A stretch of DNA of 64,000 nucleotides from assembly GCA_964016885.1 (NCBI GenBank), contig OZ024740.1, positions 332,630,001 through 332,694,000 on the forward strand, written 5' to 3'. This DNA is from Eledone cirrhosa (taxonomy: Eukaryota). Below the pieces are notes generated by a model. That model saw nothing but the letters and a program-made list of their open reading frames with translations. It ran no database searches and was not told where the DNA came from. A program made the translations under genes and the position numbers. This document shows positions 58,744-64,000 of this stretch, in pieces. The number at the start of each line of letters is the position of its first letter. Within the stretch, counting starts at the first letter, position 1.

Positions 58744-59580
58744 TTAACTGTATACTTTGTGAAAAGTCCTATGGAATTTATGCAGGCAGATAGAAAACAA
58801 ATCTGTACGTCTATTTATTATAGAATCTAGGTTAGAGATAATGGTAAATTTTTCATTTAGGCAGATATTACAGATTTTAGATAGAGAGCTGTTCAAGTAT
58901 GAGGATGCAGAAGAAACCTTCTTCCAAAAGATGGTATATTTAATGTTTTTGTCTTTTAAGGACCATATGAGTTCTGAGAGAGCAGTGTTGGTTCTTTTAA
59001 GTTTGTATTTGAAAGATGAATGATGATTATAGAGACGAGCTTTAAAAGAGGTGGAAGTGGAGCCAAAATAGGTGAAGGAATTGGTGCTAGTTATAATTTT
59101 ACATTCATAAATTAAGTTTTTATCGAGACAATGGTTGTTGAGAGGACATTTATTTTTAATGCGGCAGTTGCAATTAGAGAGATTATTAATGAGTGACCTA
59201 GTGTTATCTATAGAAGGAATTGGATTGGAGAAGTTGTTTGCGATAGGAATAATAGGAATAATAGTTTCTTGATTTAGAGTTGGATTATGAACATTTAGCG
59301 AAGTTCTGTTTGACATTGTATTTGGGTTTACAGAAGTTAGCCTAGGGTTTACAATGACGTCGGGAGTACTATTACTGTTATTATGAAATTCAATGTTGGA
59401 AGGAAGAGATTTAGTATTTAGTATTTTATTGTTGTGTTTAGAGATGATGTTGGAAATATTGGAGGATGTAGAATAAGAAAATTTGATGGTGTGTTTGTTA
59501 AATATTTTACTATAGATATGTGAGGGAGGGAAGCATTTATTTAAGGCACTAAAAAATAATTTAGGAATATTGTTATTAAT
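58744..59580 (-). pseudogene. Penelope-like linker + GIY-YIG endonuclease (5'-truncated, open frame)
   Basis: ORF 58744-59316: CNCRIKNKCPLNNHC (CxCx5Cx5C), LIYECKI...YFGSTSTSFKARLYNHHSSF, CNICLNEKFTI. Confidence 0.88.
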
Positions 59581-60751
59581 TGGCCTATATTACCCTTACC
59601 ATAAAAACAATGAGAACCTAAATTATGTTAACTTTAAATCTAACCATCCTACCAATATCAATAATGCTATAGTTAGTAATATTGGAAAAAGAATATCTAA
59701 CATATCCTCTAATAAAAACATCTTGGATGCTAACGCCAATTACTATAATAACGCACTTTCTAAAGCCGGCTATCCAGATAAAATCAAATATAGTAAAGAA
59801 ACAAATTCTAGAAAAACTTACAGTAGAATAATTAATCATGATCATTCCAATAATTTTAATAAAAGACCTAGATACAAAAACATAATCTGGTATAATGCTC
59901 CTTTCTCCATTTCTATTAATAACAATATTCCTAAATTATTTTTTAGTGCCTTAAATAAATGCTTCCCTCCCTCACATATCTATAGTAAAATATTTAACAA
60001 ACACACCATCAAATTTTCTTATTCTACATCCTCCAATATTTCCAACATCATCTCTAAACACAACAATAAAATACTAAATACTAAATCTCTTCCTTCCAAC
60101 ATTGAATTTCATAATAACAGTAATAGTACTCCCGACGTCATTGTAAACCCTAGGCTAACTTCTGTAAACCCAAATACAACGTCAAACAGAACTTCGCTAA
60201 ATGTTCATAATCCAACTCTAAATCAAGAAACTATTATTCCTATTATTCCTATCGCAAACAACTTCTCCAATCCAATTCCTTCTATAGATAACACTAGGTC
60301 ACTCATTAATAATCTCTCTAATTGCAACTGCCGCATTAAAAATAAATGACCTCTCAACAACCATTGTCTCGATAAAAACTTAATTTATGAATGTAAAATT
60401 ATAACTAGCACTAATTCCTTCACCTATTTTGGCTCCACTTCCACCTCTTTTAAAGCTCGTCTCTATAATCATCATTCATCTTTCAAATACAAACTTAAAA
60501 GAACCAACACTGCTCTCTCAGAACTCATATGGTCCTTAAAAGACAAAAACATTAAATATACCATCTTTTGGAAGAAGGTTTCTTCTGCATCCTCATACTT
60601 GAACAGCTCTCTATCTAAAATCTGTAATCTCTGCCTAAATGAAAAATTTACCATTATCTCTAACCTAGATTCTATAATAAATAGACGTACAGATTTGTTT
60701 TCTATCTGCCTGCATAAATTCCATAGGACTTTTCACAAAGTATACAGTTAA
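59581..60751 (+). pseudogene. Penelope-like RT thumb + linker + GIY-YIG, with in-frame TGA at 60347-60349
   Basis: YYPYHK..ENLNYVNFKSNHP, RISNISSN, YNNALSKAGY, IIWYNAPFS, FPPSHIYSKIFNKHTIKFSYS. The frame continues past TGA to TAA at 60749-60751. Confidence 0.88.
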
Positions 60752-61778
60752 TATTCAATTCTTTATCAATTTAGAATCTTTTCTCAAAGGCACATATACA
60801 TACACCTCTTTAAAATATACCCATCTTCCTACCATACTTTAAAGGGCATTATACACTCTATAATACTTGTTTACTCATTACCCTCATATTCACCTTGTAA
60901 AATCCTTCATAACATATACATTTGTTTTTTTGACGTTAGAATATTCATCCGCAATCATTATTATTTTTTCTCTCTATCATAAATCTTTTTAATCTCAATT
61001 TCATCCTTAATTTATTATTTTTTTCTCCCCATCAACGAACTCATTCTTAATACATATTAACTCTTTATTCGCATATATTATCAATTCCTTCAATATACAA
61101 ACTTTAACTTCACATTATTTTTCTCAAATCCTTCTACACACAAACCTTAATAATTTTTCTCTTCGTTAATTTTGAAATTGCCACAATACTTATCAACATA
61201 CACTTTTTTTGACGTTAGAATATTCATCCACAATTATTATTTTTTCTCTCTATCTTCATACATAAATTCCCTTCGTTAATTTTCAAATTCCTTTAATTTA
61301 TACATTATCTTCCAACGGTTCTCAACCTCTCTATGTAAAACAATATATCTTTTTCTCAGTTATAAAAACTATCTCTTTCTCTCTATCACCCATCTCTCCC
61401 TCTCCACCTTCACTCTCATCTCCTCCCCCTTTTTTCATCCTTTCCACCCCCCCTCCCTAAATAAAATATTTTTTCCTCGCACATATCCTCCCTTCGTTAA
61501 TTTTGAAATTTTTTTTTTATTTATACATTATCTTCCAACGGTTTTCAACCTCTCTATGTAAAACAATATATCTCCTCTCAGTTATAAAAACTATCTCTTT
61601 CTCTCTATCACCCATCTCTCCCTCTCATCTCCTCCCCTTTTTCATTCTTTCCCCCCCCCCCCATCTCTAAATAAAATATTTTTCCCAATATCACATATCA
61701 ATCTAAAACCACTTTTCATATGTTGATTTAAAACTGCACTATCCACAAGTGTTTTTTAGCCTTCATATCATGTTCTCC

Positions 61779-61849
61779 TGTTTTATCTGATGAAAACACA
61801 AATATTATTGCATGATGATGTTTGTTTTTGAAATGCGCATAATAAAATA
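61779..61849 (+). ncRNA. Minimal type-I hammerhead ribozyme
   Basis: TTTTAT-CTGATGA(61787-61793)-stem II-GAAA(61830-61833)-T-GCGC-A-TA-ATAAAA. Predicted cleavage after 61841. Confidence 0.8.
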
Positions 61850-61973
61850 CATTGAACTCCTTTAACCATCTTTTGATCTTATATTATGTATACTCCAGTC
61901 CTACAAACTGTAGAGTGCTTCTTATCCGATATCTGCATTGCTTTATTGTACTACAATAAAACTCACCTCCTAC

Positions 61974-62053
<80 letters not shown>

Positions 62054-63381
62054 TGCTTGTGTGGGTGTGTACACATACTTGTGGGCGTGTGTGATAGTTT
62101 ACATTTTCTAATAAATGTCTTATTCTATACATCACTTTAGTGAGAATAAGGACACATTGCATATACCCTTACAGTTTCACCTGCTTTGAATTGACCTCTG
62201 CCACATATTCTTTGGCTTCGCTATATTTAACTAATTTTTAAATATTCAAAATATTTTTCTCGAAAAAATATTTGTTTGTTTGGGGGAGTGGAGAAACGTG
62301 TTTACATTAACATATAGGCACTCGATCGTTGTAGATATCTTAAATACCTTTAAGAATCTGAATACATTTCAACACAATTTAAACGGCAATCCAGAATTTA
62401 GAAATGCATTATTATTTCAATTAATCAGTTAAAGGTTAATATTATTGTGTGTATTTTTCTTGAGATATACAAAGCAATATGTAATATTCATGTCACAATA
62501 TATATGCAGTAATACACCTATTGAAAGTAGCATTTTTCTTTTGGTCATATTAAAGTTAATTACTGAAATTAATGTCACAATAACATTAAGATCAGTAACA
62601 ATACTGTAGGAACTGTATAGGACGTGTCATACTATCACCATTGTAAGGTCATAGATTCCAGTTACGGGTGGATTGTTGGGACCTTAACAACGTATTTTAT
62701 ACTGAATGAGTGCACTTCACTCAGCTGAAAATGATTTACGGCAATAGCTCTTGTTAAACGTTTAGCGGACTGATATTTCGTTCAAAACATTTGCCCTTTG
62801 AACCACTTAAACTGATATGAATACATGATAAGCTCCAGCCTGTTCTACCCCGCAGTGCTAACAAAGTTGAAACGGAAATAAAACCATCGAAAACATTATA
62901 CAGAACTATTATCTTAATAACAAGATTATAACAATTAGATGTATTTTAGTCTCATTGTTGTTAGTAGGAGCCAAATTATGTTATTAGAAATTATAGAAAG
63001 AAATATGGCATGAGATATAAAAAGTTGAGTATCATGAATGTTTCAGAAATCGATATCGCTTTGGATCATATCTTCCACAAATTATTCTGAAACTACCGAC
63101 ACAGGGTCATAACGAGGCGAAGACTTATGCTAAAAATGTTTTTACTCTGAATAATAAAATATTGAATAAATCATTATATTTCACCTGATTTCACCTGACG
63201 TCTGCCATATGTTCTTCGGGTTACGTTACTTTTAACTAATGTATAACTAATATATAAACATCAAACATATTAATCGAAGACAATATTACTCCCGCATTGA
63301 TGAATCGATGTCAGTAGTGCGCTTTTATTCAGTTCTATTTACAATAGCTATTTTCTCTTTTTATTATTTCTTTAGTTTCTA

Positions 63382-63597
63382 GGGCGGGGGATTGGCAGTA
63401 TCGGTAGAGAGTCGACACCAGGCCTTGTAGCATAGAGTTACGTCCCTTTACGGTCTGAGTCAAGTCCCACCGAGGTTAACTTTGCCTTTCATACTTACGT
63501 GTTCGATAAAACAAAGTAGCAGTCACACAGTGGGATCGATTTAATCGACTTCCCCCACCCCCCAAATTGCTGGCCTTGTGCCTATATAAGAAACCAG
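63382..63597 (+). mobile_element. tRNA-derived SINE (long subtype), first of tandem pair
   Basis: Full-length family copy including the GATCGATTTAATCGACT hairpin and C-rich segment. Confidence 0.92.
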
Positions 63598-63614
63598 TAT
63601 TTCTTTATTTTCTA

Positions 63615-63830
63615 GGGCGGTGGATTGGTAGTATCGGTAGAGAGTCGGACACCATGCTTTGCTGCATAGAGTTATGGCCCTTTACGTTCTGAGTTCAAAT
63701 CCCGTCGAGGTTAACTTTGCCTTTCATCCTTACGGGGTCGATAAAATAAAGTACCAGTAACGTACTGGGGTCGATTTCATCGACTTTCCCCTCCCCCAAA
63801 TTACTGGCCTTATGCCTATACTAGAAATCA
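63615..63830 (+). mobile_element. tRNA-derived SINE (long subtype), second of tandem pair
   Basis: Full-length family copy; TATTTCTTTA.TTTCTA occurs before, between and after the two copies. Confidence 0.92.
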
Positions 63831-64000
63831 TTATTTCTTTATTTTCTAAGTTATTGTTGACGTTAATAATGATTATATTATGTTATGGTAGATTTCAATT
63901 GTGGGCAAAGAGTAACTGAAATCTGGGGGGAAAACCTCAAAACAACTTCTGTTTAGAGAATATATGTTTTATATATTGTAACATTGTAATACGTTATTTA

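Noticed and set aside
61790-61835. ATGA...TGAA hairpin as a possible SECIS
   Set aside because: Lacks the apical AA motif at the expected spacing and is fully explained as hammerhead stem II.

Overview
This is AT-rich, microsatellite-dense eukaryotic (metazoan) DNA with no intact host protein-coding gene. The SINE family and repeat landscape suggest a cephalopod (Octopus-like) intron or intergenic region; that taxon call is inference. Almost all interpretable sequence is transposon-derived. It includes two head-to-tail Tx1/L1-clade LINEs (about 15.7-26.0 kb) plus a 3' fragment, a degenerate R4/Dong-like LINE, RTE fragments, a mariner derivative, a non-autonomous Helitron, a MITE and about 10 tRNA-type SINE copies. 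The most striking signal is a set of Penelope-like (GIY-YIG) elements and short derivatives sitting in (TA)n tracts. They share a fold-back architecture: a unique tail on one side only, an arm, a spacer and an inverted arm. Many carry minimal type-I hammerhead ribozyme motifs: four canonical copies in two 3.4-4.4 kb Naiad-like palindromes, plus U3-A8 and degenerate variants. Other notable signals are a consensus recursive-splice (YAG|GTAAGT) site on the minus strand, an apparent ORF1 swap and shared lesions between the tandem LINEs, and a serial inverted-duplication cluster at 48-50.4 kb. Coordinates were read by eye and may be off by a few bases.
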